Of a stretch of 54,581 nucleotides of DNA, positions 1 to 9,553 are shown piece after piece (position 1 is the stretch's first letter; each line of letters begins with the position of its first letter). The DNA is from a virus (lineage: Duplodnaviria; Caudoviricetes): the IMG/VR virus record IMGVR_UViG_3300001765_000047, positions 1-54,581 of that record; one strand, given 5' to 3'. Made by a program: the position numbers and the translations under genes. A model generated the notes under the pieces. It was not told the origin of the DNA. It saw only the letters and a list, made by a program, of their open reading frames with translations, and ran no database searches.

Positions 1-1118
1 CCGGCGAATGAACCCGTCGCTGCGCTCAAAGCACCTGAGAACGTGCCTCCAGCAGCGGATAGATTCCCGGCGAACGTGCCGGTCGCTGCGTTTAAAGACC
101 CTGCAAACACACCCGTCGCCCCAGCAGTCAGTATCAGGTCGCCATTTGGTGCTCTTATGCTTAACCCATTTGAGTTGATGTGGTTAGCCGTAATCGACCC
201 AGCAACAATCTTTGATGCATTGAGCGTGTTGTCAACGACAACATCACCGCCAAATAATGCCGTGAGCACCATCCAGGTCGCACCCGAACTTCTGATTCTT
301 GTTTGAGAGAAGGCCAACCCAGAGTTGTAAAGCGTGACCACATCGCCTGTGATCGGAGTGCCACCGCCTACATCAGCAATTGCAAGAACGGCCTGAGAAT
401 CGTCCCAACTTGCGCTCGCTACCGGTTTGGCTGCCGTGATCGTTCCACGAACGCCAGGAGAGCCAGCAGCACCATTTGTCCCATTGGTTCCATCAGTACC
501 TCGAACACCATCTTGGCCATTCAGGCCATTTGCACCATTGCTCCCAGGCAATCCGGCCTCGCCCTTGATCTTGACAACACCAGTAACCGAACCCCAAGTC
601 GCGCCGTTGTCAGTGCTGGTCTGAGTCGCCATATAAGCATCGGCTACTGCGGGCGTTGCATGCCAGCTTGTTGCGCCATCGATACTGAAAACGACCCGCA
701 CAGACGATGATGGCGTGCCAATCCTCGACGGCACTGTCCAACCAGTATCACCACCACCGTCAGTAAAAACATTACTCGTCATCCAAAGCGGCTGATTGTT
801 GTCTGCCGGAATGCCATCGCTCCAGCTTGTTGCCGTTGGCGAGGCAAAGCTGCCACCTGAAGGGGTTGCTGGTTGAATAATCGCCCGCAGGAATGAAAAC
901 CCCTTAACCTTTGAGACTCCGGGAGCACCAATGAATCCAGGTTCACCTCTTGCACCTGGAGAGCCTGGAGCACCGGGTACTCCTGATGTTGCATCGACGG
1001 CAGCAATCGCCGCATCAATTTTGCCAAGTGCATCCCTAATCCGGCCAACATCCACATTCAGTGGATTGTTGATGTGTGGCAAAGGTATATCGAAATTGAT
1101 TGTTCTGTTATCTATCAT
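1..1118 (-). CDS. Tail fibre protein with collagen-like repeats (3' end runs off the left edge)
   Basis: Not in the ORF track; translated by hand from ATG 1118 with SD GAGGA: MIDNRTINFDIPLPHINNPLNVDVGRIRDALGKIDAAIAAVDATSGVPGAPGSPGARGEPGFIGAPG... Has G-X-Y repeats and directly follows the DUF4815-like gene. Confidence 0.75.
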   Translation of the reverse strand, partial: MIDNRTINFDIPLPHINNPLNVDVGRIRDALGKIDAAIAAVDATSGVPGAPGSPGARGEPGFIGAPGVSKVKGFSFLRAIIQPATPSGGSFASPTATSWSDGIPADNNQPLWMTSNVFTDGGGDTGWTVPSRIGTPSSSVRVVFSIDGATSWHATPAVADAYMATQTSTDNGATWGSVTGVVKIKGEAGLPGSNGANGLNGQDGVRGTDGTNGTNGAAGSPGVRGTITAAKPVASASWDDSQAVLAIADVGGGTPITGDVVTLYNSGLAFSQTRIRSSGATWMVLTALFGGDVVVDNTLNASKIVAGSITANHINSNGLSIRAPNGDLILTAGATGVFAGSLNAATGTFAGNLSAAGGTFSGALSAATGSFA

Positions 1119-1127
1119 TTCTTATCC

Positions 1128-4100
1128 TCACAAAACGATAACTCGTAAGTCACGGACTCGCGGCCTTGATGCAGCCGAACCCGTCAACAATAGTTTTATA
1201 CGAACCAGGGAGCAATTTACTCCTGTGACGGTATGCGTATATTCAGTGAAGCCGTTGCCCATCGATAAACTCGAAGGATTGATAATGTTTACCCATGTAG
1301 ATAAATCACTGTCTTTTGCGTATCCGACAGAGACAGTTGCACCATTTGACAGTGCCGCCTCATAAACAACTTTCACTGTGACGTTTGTCCCGCCATCTAT
1401 TGCCAAAGATACATAACTTCCACTGGTGCCAATAGCACCTGACACTAACTGCGTGCCTGGAAACAGCAGCGGTGAAGATGCCGAAGTCCCGTGGAGTTTT
1501 GCCGAGATAGCGATATTCCCCGTGATGCTGCTGGTTAAGGATATTGGCTGGCCCGCATCGACAGTCAGCACGGTCGCGTCTGGCAGCGTGAGCTGGTATT
1601 CGGTAAAAGTGGCACTCGTCGGATTGTTTGAGTTCGCCAGCAATAGCAGATCAGTCGCCCCAGAGACAGGAACATTGCCCAACTGGACTGTCCTGACGGA
1701 TTCAGTGAAGGATGCAGCAAACAGCCTGAACGTCATGTCGCGGTCTTGATGCACTGTCCAACTGCTGGCGTTTGACGATGACAGCAAGGTGCCGACGGTA
1801 TATGGCTGGCTCGTAGCCCAGCGTTGCAATGACTCGTCAAACTCGCCGAGTGCCGCGACCGAGATCGCGCCAATGGCATCGTTGCACAGCACCACAATCG
1901 CATACTCCACCCCGGATTGAAGGAACACAGGAAAGGGGAATTGAAAGCGCGTGTGCGATCCACCAAGCATGATTGCATCAGGCGAAGCCATGACTTGCAT
2001 GACGACATCCTGGTTCGGCATCCCGGCGGTTGTTTCTCTGATTTGAACCAGCACGTTCGAGGTCGGCCTGGCGGTGAACCACACGTCAACTGCACCAGCC
2101 TGGACGCTGGAATCTAGGGTGAATGTTTGCGCGAGTGGATCAAGATTAATCCAATTCCCAACCCACGATGATGTTGTGGTGAAGGTCGTCTGGTTTGTCC
2201 ACGTCTGACGATCAAGCGACCCAAGACCTGAGAAAACGGCAGAGCCTACAGTTCCACTCTGCCCAGAAAATGAAACCAGCTTTTCACCAGCAGGGATGTT
2301 TGCAGGTATGGTGAATGATCCGGTAAGTACGCCAGATGAATTTGCCGCCCCAGAGACAGCAAGTGCAACACCATCAAAAGTCAACGAGGAAAGGTTCTCT
2401 CCACTGCCAAACCCCTCAACCCTGTAAGACACAGTAATCGGACGAAGAAAGGATAGACTGGTCTCTGTCCGGCTGACTAGAACATCCTCGACAGTCACAT
2501 CCAATCTGGATGCGTTTCCACTTCCAACACTGACATTTCTGGTGGTCGGACTGGCCCAGGTCTGGTCAACAATCGTCCATCGATCAACCGCAGGATCAAG
2601 CGTGACCACGGCAGGGGGAACGGTAAACGCCATGTAGGGGTTGATCGACATTGACGATGTGCGCATCAACTGCTCAAGGCAGGCGACCGGGTTGTAATTC
2701 AGCGATGTCGGCTGACTAATGTCGGCCCCCATCCGATAGACTGTCGCAGAAATAGGAAGCACAAGATGACCGCCGACAATTGCAGCAGTCTGCGCTACCC
2801 CTGCATCGCGGTGGCTGTCATCGATGAACGGGTCAACAAAGATTCCTTTTTTTGTGCCGCCTTCACGGATGTGGATATTGTTCTCAAGGCGCTGCTGGGC
2901 CAGCAGGCCGATGACAAAATCAAAGCGAGCATCAATGCTGGCAAGCGCCGTCATTGACACCATACGCACACCGTCGCTGGCGACAACTCTCCCAGATGCC
3001 CACCAGGTTTGATGTATACGGGCAAGCGACAGCAAATCACCCGGAACAACCGGCGACTGTGGGTTGGTGGCCGATGCCACGCCCTTGACCCAAACGACAT
3101 GGCCATCCAAATCAAGGCACAAGCGGTCAATTCGAGGAAGCATCTGGCTGTAGCTGATGAGTATTGACGTACCAGCAACGGCACCAGTCACAGTCAAACC
3201 AGTTGGGGTGACCCCTGTGGGGGTGATCGACTTTGTGTAGCGGTAGGTCGCCGAGTAGCTGCTGCCTGATGCTGGCTCACTGCCCCCCAGCGACCAGTCA
3301 ATGTCGCCATTATTGAGGTAGTAGTCAACACTGTTCTGATACGTTGTGCCGCCTTGGGTGATACTGACAAGAGAAACTACCCCAGTCTCTTGCGGGTAAT
3401 CCTTGGCACCTACACCACGGGTCATGGTTTCAGTTTTCTCGGAAACAATGATGACGCTGGTGACATTAACGCCAGGCCCATTGCTGAAACCAACCACCTG
3501 ACTGCCGCTTGTATAAGAGTCGTGCGGCTCGGCGACGATTGGCCGCAGGTCTGGTACTGCCGTGTACGCCGTGCGCCGAGAGGTCTTAAATTCGACACCA
3601 AAGCCAAACACCCGCGCCCGGCCATCGGCAATGCTGTAAACCTGATTGCCGTTTAGGTCATCGAGCTTTGAGACTTTCATGCCGGTCACGATGTAGCTGC
3701 CGCCGGAGTTATCCCGGTCGTACAGGGCCACCGACTGCGCAACCGCATCAATGTTGGGAGGCGGCTCCTTGCTGCTCACTACACCATCGACCACCTCATA
3801 GACCGGGTAAAACTGGCCGCCAGCGCCATCGTTTCCACCGACCCCGACCCACCCCCACTGACAGTGCAGCTTTAGCCTGTCGGCACCGGCCTGGTCGTAA
3901 TTTGCAAAGCTTGAAACAGGATCGCGCAGACCAATATCTTCAGCACTGGTGATGATCGACTCGATCATTCGCACGCCGACGGTAACTGATCCGGTTGTCG
4001 CTATGGTGAAGTTTTCAGGAGCCAGACCACGCACAGCACCCGCGATGTAAACAGCCCCTTGGCGGCACTGCAAAGCACCAGTTGATGGATTGACACTGAT

Positions 4101-4289
4101 GCTGGCATCCCGGATGACTGCGCCGTTCTTGAAAAGCACATCTGCGACACCACGCAACCGCCAGGATGCATTCTGCTGAATTTCATTGAGTTCAGCAGAT
4201 TGCAGCCCGCGCCCAGCGATAAAAAGGTGCTCCTCATATTCCTTTGAAGGATCGAATCTGTTGTGGTAATTTGGTGAAATCGTTGCCAT
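1128..4289 (-). CDS. Large baseplate/fibre-anchoring virion protein (DUF4815-like), 1053 aa
   Basis: N-terminus YHNRFDPSKEYEEHLFIAGRGLQSAELNEIQ, plus GIFVDPFIDD and DPLAQTF motifs typical of this myophage family; beta-rich; distal baseplate position. Confidence 0.8.
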   Translation of the reverse strand: MATISPNYHNRFDPSKEYEEHLFIAGRGLQSAELNEIQQNASWRLRGVADVLFKNGAVIRDASISVNPSTGALQCRQGAVYIAGAVRGLAPENFTIATTGSVTVGVRMIESIITSAEDIGLRDPVSSFANYDQAGADRLKLHCQWGWVGVGGNDGAGGQFYPVYEVVDGVVSSKEPPPNIDAVAQSVALYDRDNSGGSYIVTGMKVSKLDDLNGNQVYSIADGRARVFGFGVEFKTSRRTAYTAVPDLRPIVAEPHDSYTSGSQVVGFSNGPGVNVTSVIIVSEKTETMTRGVGAKDYPQETGVVSLVSITQGGTTYQNSVDYYLNNGDIDWSLGGSEPASGSSYSATYRYTKSITPTGVTPTGLTVTGAVAGTSILISYSQMLPRIDRLCLDLDGHVVWVKGVASATNPQSPVVPGDLLSLARIHQTWWASGRVVASDGVRMVSMTALASIDARFDFVIGLLAQQRLENNIHIREGGTKKGIFVDPFIDDSHRDAGVAQTAAIVGGHLVLPISATVYRMGADISQPTSLNYNPVACLEQLMRTSSMSINPYMAFTVPPAVVTLDPAVDRWTIVDQTWASPTTRNVSVGSGNASRLDVTVEDVLVSRTETSLSFLRPITVSYRVEGFGSGENLSSLTFDGVALAVSGAANSSGVLTGSFTIPANIPAGEKLVSFSGQSGTVGSAVFSGLGSLDRQTWTNQTTFTTTSSWVGNWINLDPLAQTFTLDSSVQAGAVDVWFTARPTSNVLVQIRETTAGMPNQDVVMQVMASPDAIMLGGSHTRFQFPFPVFLQSGVEYAIVVLCNDAIGAISVAALGEFDESLQRWATSQPYTVGTLLSSSNASSWTVHQDRDMTFRLFAASFTESVRTVQLGNVPVSGATDLLLLANSNNPTSATFTEYQLTLPDATVLTVDAGQPISLTSSITGNIAISAKLHGTSASSPLLFPGTQLVSGAIGTSGSYVSLAIDGGTNVTVKVVYEAALSNGATVSVGYAKDSDLSTWVNIINPSSLSMGNGFTEYTHTVTGVNCSLVRIKLLLTGSAASRPRVRDLRVIVL

Positions 4290-4297
4290 TGAAGTCC

Positions 4298-4768
4298 CTA
4301 AAAAGCGATTGCAAACTCGAAGTGCTCGCGCTTTGATATGTCGCGGAAAAGTGCCGTGATGTTTTGCACCATCAGCAACCGGCCTGGGTTGGCTATTTGG
4401 CTTGGGGTAAGGTATCCGGTGCCATTAGGGATATTTATTTGAGTGCCAACAAAAATGCCAATCTCACGAATGATGGATGACGGCGAGTCGGAAAAATCAA
4501 AATCAGCCGTGAGATAGACCACCCCACTCGGAACGTCGGTTGGAGAAAAACTCCCAGGGTCAAAGTAGAGTGATCCTGCTGTGTCGGCAAAGTGAATGTC
4601 GGTAATCAGCCGCCTGCCGATTTCGTTTGTCAGGCCAACAGCAGCGGGATCGATTTCTGGCGTTGTCAACAACGGCCAGCCATTGCCGGTGCCCCACGCG
4701 ACGTGGAGCGTGCTTGCCATGACCAACTCCGCGAGTGCGATTCGGCCTGAATTTGTGATGGTGGACAT
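4298..4768 (-). CDS. Baseplate protein, 156 aa
   Basis: TNSGRIALAE..HVAWGTG..EIGRR..IIREIGIF pattern of baseplate/fibre-attachment proteins; position before the DUF4815-like gene. Confidence 0.65.
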   Translation of the reverse strand: MSTITNSGRIALAELVMASTLHVAWGTGNGWPLLTTPEIDPAAVGLTNEIGRRLITDIHFADTAGSLYFDPGSFSPTDVPSGVVYLTADFDFSDSPSSIIREIGIFVGTQINIPNGTGYLTPSQIANPGRLLMVQNITALFRDISKREHFEFAIAF

Positions 4769-4804
4769 GAATTGATTGGTCGGTGCTACAAGGTCAAAAG
4801 TAGC

Positions 4805-4812
4805 GTCACGAC
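4805..4812 (-). promoter_or_regulatory. Putative late promoter element GTCGTGAC-GC-TACTTT
   Basis: Intergenic copy of the recurrent motif, followed by a -10-like hexamer. Confidence 0.7.
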
Positions 4813-4816
4813 CAAA

Positions 4817-5728
4817 TCAACCCAGGCTCGAATGCGAGATTCCAGCGCCGCTGCCCGAGCCACTCCAGTCGCTGGTCGTATTCCAGCCGAATGACCACCA
4901 GCTTGCAGACATGAATGTGGCCTCAAAATAGGCGTTTGCCCTGACCCTCGGCTCCAGCACGGAAACCCCAGCCGGTCGGTTGGTGTTGATCATGGGGGTA
5001 ATCGGTGCCCACCTGATCGGCCTGGCCGACGTGGGCTGAATCAGGTTGCGACCAATCGTCACCCCGTCCTTGATTTTGTGGTGCCCGGACAGCTTGGAGC
5101 CACTCAGCGAGAAAATCAGCCTCCACGGCTCTTCGATGAACACATGGACGGGCAGCGCATCATGGATCGCTCGCTCAATAGCAAAAGCGTTTGACCTTGG
5201 CCGGATGGTTTCAGTGATGATCAGATCGAGGTAGTCGGCATCCTGCATCCCGTCCATCCGATAGATGCCGAAAAACATACCCCAATAGTCCAGCCAGTCG
5301 GCCTCTGCCTTGTGCAAGTACACCTGGTCAATGGCAGCCGGTATTGCATCCGCCGCATCCTGCACGCTTGCCGCATAGGCGCTCACCATTGCCAACAGAA
5401 CAGACCGGTGCGCCATCACGGTGTTGGTTTGGCCGTTGCTTTTGGCTTCGCTGCCATCGACCAGCACACAGGCGTGCAGCGAGAGCACATCCGGGTTTAT
5501 GCTCTCGACCGTCACGCCAGCCAGACTCAGTGCAGCGGCAACACTCCCAACCGTCCCGGATGCCAGCGAAACATCAGCAAGCGCAGCGCCAGACAACGCC
5601 TTGACAGTGAGGCGACTAGATGAAATTGACCACGTTATGCCACCGGCATGGGCCAGGGTGAATGCAGCGACAGCGTCCGGGTCACGGTTAAATGCGCCGT
5701 AAAGATGATTCAGTAACTTGTAGCGCAT
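4817..5728 (-). CDS. Baseplate wedge protein (P2 gpI/DUF2313-like)
   Basis: WLDYWGMFFGIYR..DADYLDLI..RPAGV motifs. Start moved to ATG 5728 (MRYKLL), directly after the J-like gene stop. Confidence 0.65.
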   Translation of the reverse strand: MRYKLLNHLYGAFNRDPDAVAAFTLAHAGGITWSISSSRLTVKALSGAALADVSLASGTVGSVAAALSLAGVTVESINPDVLSLHACVLVDGSEAKSNGQTNTVMAHRSVLLAMVSAYAASVQDAADAIPAAIDQVYLHKAEADWLDYWGMFFGIYRMDGMQDADYLDLIITETIRPRSNAFAIERAIHDALPVHVFIEEPWRLIFSLSGSKLSGHHKIKDGVTIGRNLIQPTSARPIRWAPITPMINTNRPAGVSVLEPRVRANAYFEATFMSASWWSFGWNTTSDWSGSGSGAGISHSSLG

Positions 5729-5730
5729 TC

Positions 5731-6507
5731 TCAAAACCCACTTAGGGTGATCGTCCCAGGAATCAGGTACTCGGACTGTCCGCACACGATATTTGAGTCA
5801 ATCGTCAGAGATGCAGCAAGCACGCCAGCCACGCTGATAATCCCGGTCACCAGCGCATCCGCTGTCAACGTCCCCCCCGGACTGACCAGGGAAATGGAAT
5901 AGGCAATCGCCGCATGGATTTTTGTGGCATGGGACGGCTCTGGCACCACGCCAGCATCAAACAGCAAAGACACGCCGAACGAGACAGCCCGCGAGGTGGT
6001 CGCCACGACGCGCACCTCGACCCCGGCAGGGCGATAGTTCTCAACGCGGCTCTGTGCAGCAGCCACCAGCGCAGCAGAGGCATTGCCAGCCGACCCACGC
6101 AGGTACAGGTTGACCATTCCGACAAATTCCACAGCGCCAACACCGGTGACATACTCCTGCACCACGCCGCCCGCATCCTTGACTGTAGCCAGCGCCGCCG
6201 CATATTTGATGGACTGCACCGTGCCCCTTGCCAGCGACTGCACGAACTGGATAAATCGGGTTTTTCTTTCAAGCTCCGACTCGTCGCTGTTGACGGGGAA
6301 GTCAAAGGCTTGATAGATGGAAACCGGGATCGCATCTTGCAGTCCCAACAGCATCTGCAAGTAAAGCTCTTCAATCTCGATGGCCGGAGACTCCATCAGC
6401 GTCCGGGCGACCGAGCCAACAGAAAAATCCGTGATCTGGCTCTGTGATGCCCGAGCCAGATTGATCATGGAACCGACAATACTGCGATGGTCTTTGATCT
6501 GGAACAT
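5731..6507 (-). CDS. Baseplate J-like wedge protein (short, 258 aa)
   Basis: ITDFSVGSVARTLME, DESELE.K.RF..FVQSLARGT and ENYRPAGV motifs. Confidence 0.8.
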   Translation of the reverse strand: MFQIKDHRSIVGSMINLARASQSQITDFSVGSVARTLMESPAIEIEELYLQMLLGLQDAIPVSIYQAFDFPVNSDESELERKTRFIQFVQSLARGTVQSIKYAAALATVKDAGGVVQEYVTGVGAVEFVGMVNLYLRGSAGNASAALVAAAQSRVENYRPAGVEVRVVATTSRAVSFGVSLLFDAGVVPEPSHATKIHAAIAYSISLVSPGGTLTADALVTGIISVAGVLAASLTIDSNIVCGQSEYLIPGTITLSGF

Positions 6508-6509
6508 TT

Positions 6510-7133
6510 TTATCCTTGAATTTCTACCTGGAGAGGGAGTGCCGAACCGTCGGATACGACAGCCGTCAAGGCAACAACAATGGCATCCCCCTTCATGCTG
6601 GCCTTCCCGTCTTCTACTGACTTGACGCGGGGGTCACGAAGAACCGTCTCTTCGCAGAAACGAAGGGCCAGCAGCGCAATGTTAAAGTCGGTCTTGCGCC
6701 CTTTGAGGCGGTGCGCCATATTGCCGTACCGTGGGTGAAACCACAGGCTACCGAGTTCGTTGGTCAGCCGATGGTTGAGCGACTGGACGAGATTCGGAAT
6801 CCCTGATGCCAGCGACAAGCCACCCGACTCGTCCGCCACCATTCGCCCGTTGGTCAGCAAAACATCGATGCCGAATGCCTTTTCAGGGGAAACACCGGAC
6901 TGACTGGATACCGCGCTGGACGGGACTTTGATCGGCGAACCGTACAGGAGTACTCGACCTGTAGTCAGGCCGATGTGGTTGGTGTCGCCCGTCAGGTATG
7001 GTGGATGAAGGTCGTTCAACCAGACGATTTCAGGCCAGCGCGAGGCATCCTGGAGCACGCGAAACGCCAACCGCTGCAAAGTGTCGCCATACTCAACCCG
7101 GACAACACGCCATTGTGTTTTTGAGTCAAGCAT
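6510..7133 (-). CDS. LysM plus gp25/GPW-like sheath-initiator baseplate protein
   Basis: N-terminal VEYGDTLQRLA..W.EI..LN (LysM-like); C-terminal GIPNLVQSL..RL..G.L.FHP.YG..DPRV (gp25-like). Confidence 0.8.
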   Translation of the reverse strand: MLDSKTQWRVVRVEYGDTLQRLAFRVLQDASRWPEIVWLNDLHPPYLTGDTNHIGLTTGRVLLYGSPIKVPSSAVSSQSGVSPEKAFGIDVLLTNGRMVADESGGLSLASGIPNLVQSLNHRLTNELGSLWFHPRYGNMAHRLKGRKTDFNIALLALRFCEETVLRDPRVKSVEDGKASMKGDAIVVALTAVVSDGSALPLQVEIQG

Positions 7134-8331
7134 GGATGGTTACCCCTGATTGAAGCCGATATGCATAGCCACTCAGAGCGACAGGGTCGATGTCCGCTGT
7201 AATGTCGAGCCTTTTCACGTCCAGAATGGCGACAGCAGCATCCTGGCTTTTTGTGATGGCCGGTGCCGCGTCAACCAGCCCGGCAAACGGATTAGTTCCT
7301 GCCACCGTCGTCACGGACGCTGGACTGCCGCCCGCCGTGCTGGAGCAGTTGGATGCGCCATACAGGTCACCACCCCCAGGGGAGGCGGCCAGCATGGCAT
7401 CGGCAAACCCGTTACTAAGAACGCAACTCAGGTTTGAGAATGCACCTTTGATCTGCATTAACTCAGACTTGGCATAGGCCGGGATAGTGGCTACAGCAGC
7501 GGCAGCCGTCCACATGGTGGTCGCCGTGGCACTGAGTTCTTTGGCGACATTCACGACCGCATACTGCGCTGCGGTGATTGTTGCTTTGGCCGCGTTGGCC
7601 GTTTTGATGATGTCCTGCGCCATGGTGATTGCAGGCAAAAACGTCTCCTTGGTCAATTTCAGTAAGTCGTTGCCGAATCCACTGATAGTTTGCGTCAAGC
7701 TCCCAAGCTTGCCCTGAATCCCCTGTAGGAATCCAACGGACACATCCATCGAGGCAATCGATGTAGTGGTCAGTTTTGCAAGCCTCTTTGCTTCCAGCCG
7801 GTCAAATGATCCGTCGTCTGCGATGTCGGAATCAAAGAATATGGGCTTGGTGGCCTTGTCGTTGGTGACCGTCATGGAGAGGTTGTAGAGCAGCAAAAGG
7901 GGATTCGACTTGCTGCGCTTGAGGACAAACTGCATCGGAACAACGTCGGCCACATAGTCGCCGTTCAGCGGGTCAATGACCACCAGCCGGACAAGTCCAG
8001 GGTCTGTCGAGTTTGCGATAGCCTCGCTGCGCAGTTGGTGCCACTTGTGGACAAAGCTGTCGCGCAGGGTTGTGAACCTCTCGATGCCGTCAGGGCGACC
8101 GCCAGACCCCCAGCCGGTGTTGCCGGAGATAACGAGCGATGTAAGGCCGCGACCGAATGAATCAACCCAGGCACCATCCAGCGTGTTGACCGCAGATATT
8201 CTGGACGGTTCAGTCCGCGTCAATTCCTCCGGCTTGATTGGCAAAACCATGTAGCCAATCAAGTCGGTGCCATTCATCAAGGCAAGCGATATTTGCAGGT
8301 ATCGCTGGCTGGTTGGTTGGGTTGTAGCCAT
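7126..8331 (-). CDS. Baseplate/tube-initiator-like virion protein, 401 aa
   Basis: LPIKPEEL..RISAVNTLDGAWVDSFGRG..ISGNTG tube-fold-like N-terminus; helical C-terminus; overlaps the next baseplate gene. Confidence 0.55.
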   Translation of the reverse strand: MATTQPTSQRYLQISLALMNGTDLIGYMVLPIKPEELTRTEPSRISAVNTLDGAWVDSFGRGLTSLVISGNTGWGSGGRPDGIERFTTLRDSFVHKWHQLRSEAIANSTDPGLVRLVVIDPLNGDYVADVVPMQFVLKRSKSNPLLLLYNLSMTVTNDKATKPIFFDSDIADDGSFDRLEAKRLAKLTTTSIASMDVSVGFLQGIQGKLGSLTQTISGFGNDLLKLTKETFLPAITMAQDIIKTANAAKATITAAQYAVVNVAKELSATATTMWTAAAAVATIPAYAKSELMQIKGAFSNLSCVLSNGFADAMLAASPGGGDLYGASNCSSTAGGSPASVTTVAGTNPFAGLVDAAPAITKSQDAAVAILDVKRLDITADIDPVALSGYAYRLQSGVTIHA

Positions 8332-8345
8332 TCCCGCATGGTCGT

Positions 8346-8353
8346 GTCACGAC
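8346..8353 (-). promoter_or_regulatory. Putative late promoter GTCGTGAC-AC-GACCAT-GCGGGA-ATG (leaderless)
   Basis: Motif ends 14 nt before ATG 8331 and contains the TGA stop of the upstream gene. Confidence 0.7.
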
Positions 8354-9477
8354 TTGGCAGCAGCCCGGCTGGCCGCCATGCTGGCCTTGGCGATAGCCAT
8401 AAACGCGTCGTACTTGGCCGGGTCAATGCCGGTGAAGGGAAGCCAGCGTCCGCGACAATGGGGGTGTTGGGCACCCGCCGCAATCCACCACATTTCGTCT
8501 GGATCGCGGTCGTAGAGCTTGCCGTCAATGCGTTTTTTTGGCGCGCTTGACCGCCCGATGTTGGTCTTGCCTGGCCATATCTCGGTTTCCCCGTCCTTCT
8601 TTGGTTTGGCCGGGTCAACCACGGTCATGATGCGCCCGTTGATTTTGTGGCACCAGTCGCAGACACCTTTGTACTGCTCAAGCCGCTTCATCTTTTCTCC
8701 CGGCTTGCTGGCCGCCACAACACCCTGCGCCGCGTTCTCGGACACCTCCGTGATAGCGATTCGCCGCCAGTCGCGGTTAGCCGTGGCGTATTTGTCGAAC
8801 AGCTTAGTCTGAATGTTCTCGATCTTTCCCCCCAGCATGACCGCCTGCTGGTGCTCCAGCACAATGTCCCGGATGCCGGATTTCATTTTGTCGCCCATAT
8901 CGACAATCGCCTCGGCGCAGCGCACGCGAGCGAAGCCGATCATGACCTCAGTGAGCTTGGTAACCGGCAGGCCCATTTCAATCGCCGCCGGTACGCTGGC
9001 GGGGAGTAGGGCGGCAATGCCAGCCGCGACTGCCGCGATGGGCGGGTTGGCAGCAAGGCCAGCCTCGATCTGGCCCAACAACGTGGACTTGACCGATACC
9101 CAATCGGCCATGCTGGCGGCCCACTTGGGTGACCAGTATTCCTGTAGCAGCCACTCGACCATCATTGACCAGTCCTCGGGCAGCCACAGCGCGCGCGGCT
9201 TGGCGAGCAGGTAGGCTTTCCAGGCATCAATCTCGACCTGCGTCCAATGCACCGGAGCCTCGGGCATCAGTGGGAGTTGCTGGGTTTTGATGTGGGGCGC
9301 ACCATGATCGGCCAGCCACCAGGCCAATGCGTCCTTGAGTGACTGGATGTGCGCCTGGCCGACGTGGGTGAACGCCTCGACCAGATCGGCCAGGTAGGGC
9401 GAATCAAAAGGGAGCCAAATATCGTGTTCGTGGCTGGGCTTGATGGCCTTGCCGAGGTAGGTTCCGTGATCAATCAT
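8347..9477 (-). CDS. MuF/SPP1 gp7-like head morphogenesis protein, 376 aa
   Basis: RDWRRIAITE, CDWC..INGRI and HPHCRGRW motifs. Confidence 0.7.
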   Translation of the reverse strand: MIDHGTYLGKAIKPSHEHDIWLPFDSPYLADLVEAFTHVGQAHIQSLKDALAWWLADHGAPHIKTQQLPLMPEAPVHWTQVEIDAWKAYLLAKPRALWLPEDWSMMVEWLLQEYWSPKWAASMADWVSVKSTLLGQIEAGLAANPPIAAVAAGIAALLPASVPAAIEMGLPVTKLTEVMIGFARVRCAEAIVDMGDKMKSGIRDIVLEHQQAVMLGGKIENIQTKLFDKYATANRDWRRIAITEVSENAAQGVVAASKPGEKMKRLEQYKGVCDWCHKINGRIMTVVDPAKPKKDGETEIWPGKTNIGRSSAPKKRIDGKLYDRDPDEMWWIAAGAQHPHCRGRWLPFTGIDPAKYDAFMAIAKASMAASRAAAKS

Positions 9478-9491
9478 CCGGCCATGATGTG

Positions 9492-9499
9492 GTCACGAC
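9492..9499 (-). promoter_or_regulatory. Putative late promoter GTCGTGAC-CA-CATCAT-GGCCGG-ATG (leaderless)
   Basis: Motif ends 14 nt before ATG 9477; no SD. Confidence 0.75.
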
Positions 9500-9531
9500 A
9501 CGCTGGCAATGGCCGCCGTGACTTTAATCTG

Positions 9532-9539
9532 GTCGTTAC
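9532..9539 (+). promoter_or_regulatory. Variant late promoter GTCGTTAC-AG-CACTGT-GGCGGC-ATG
   Basis: One mismatch to the motif, with the same 14-nt spacing to ATG 9554 of the GIY-YIG gene. Confidence 0.6.
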
Positions 9540-9553
9540 AGCACTGTGGCGGC

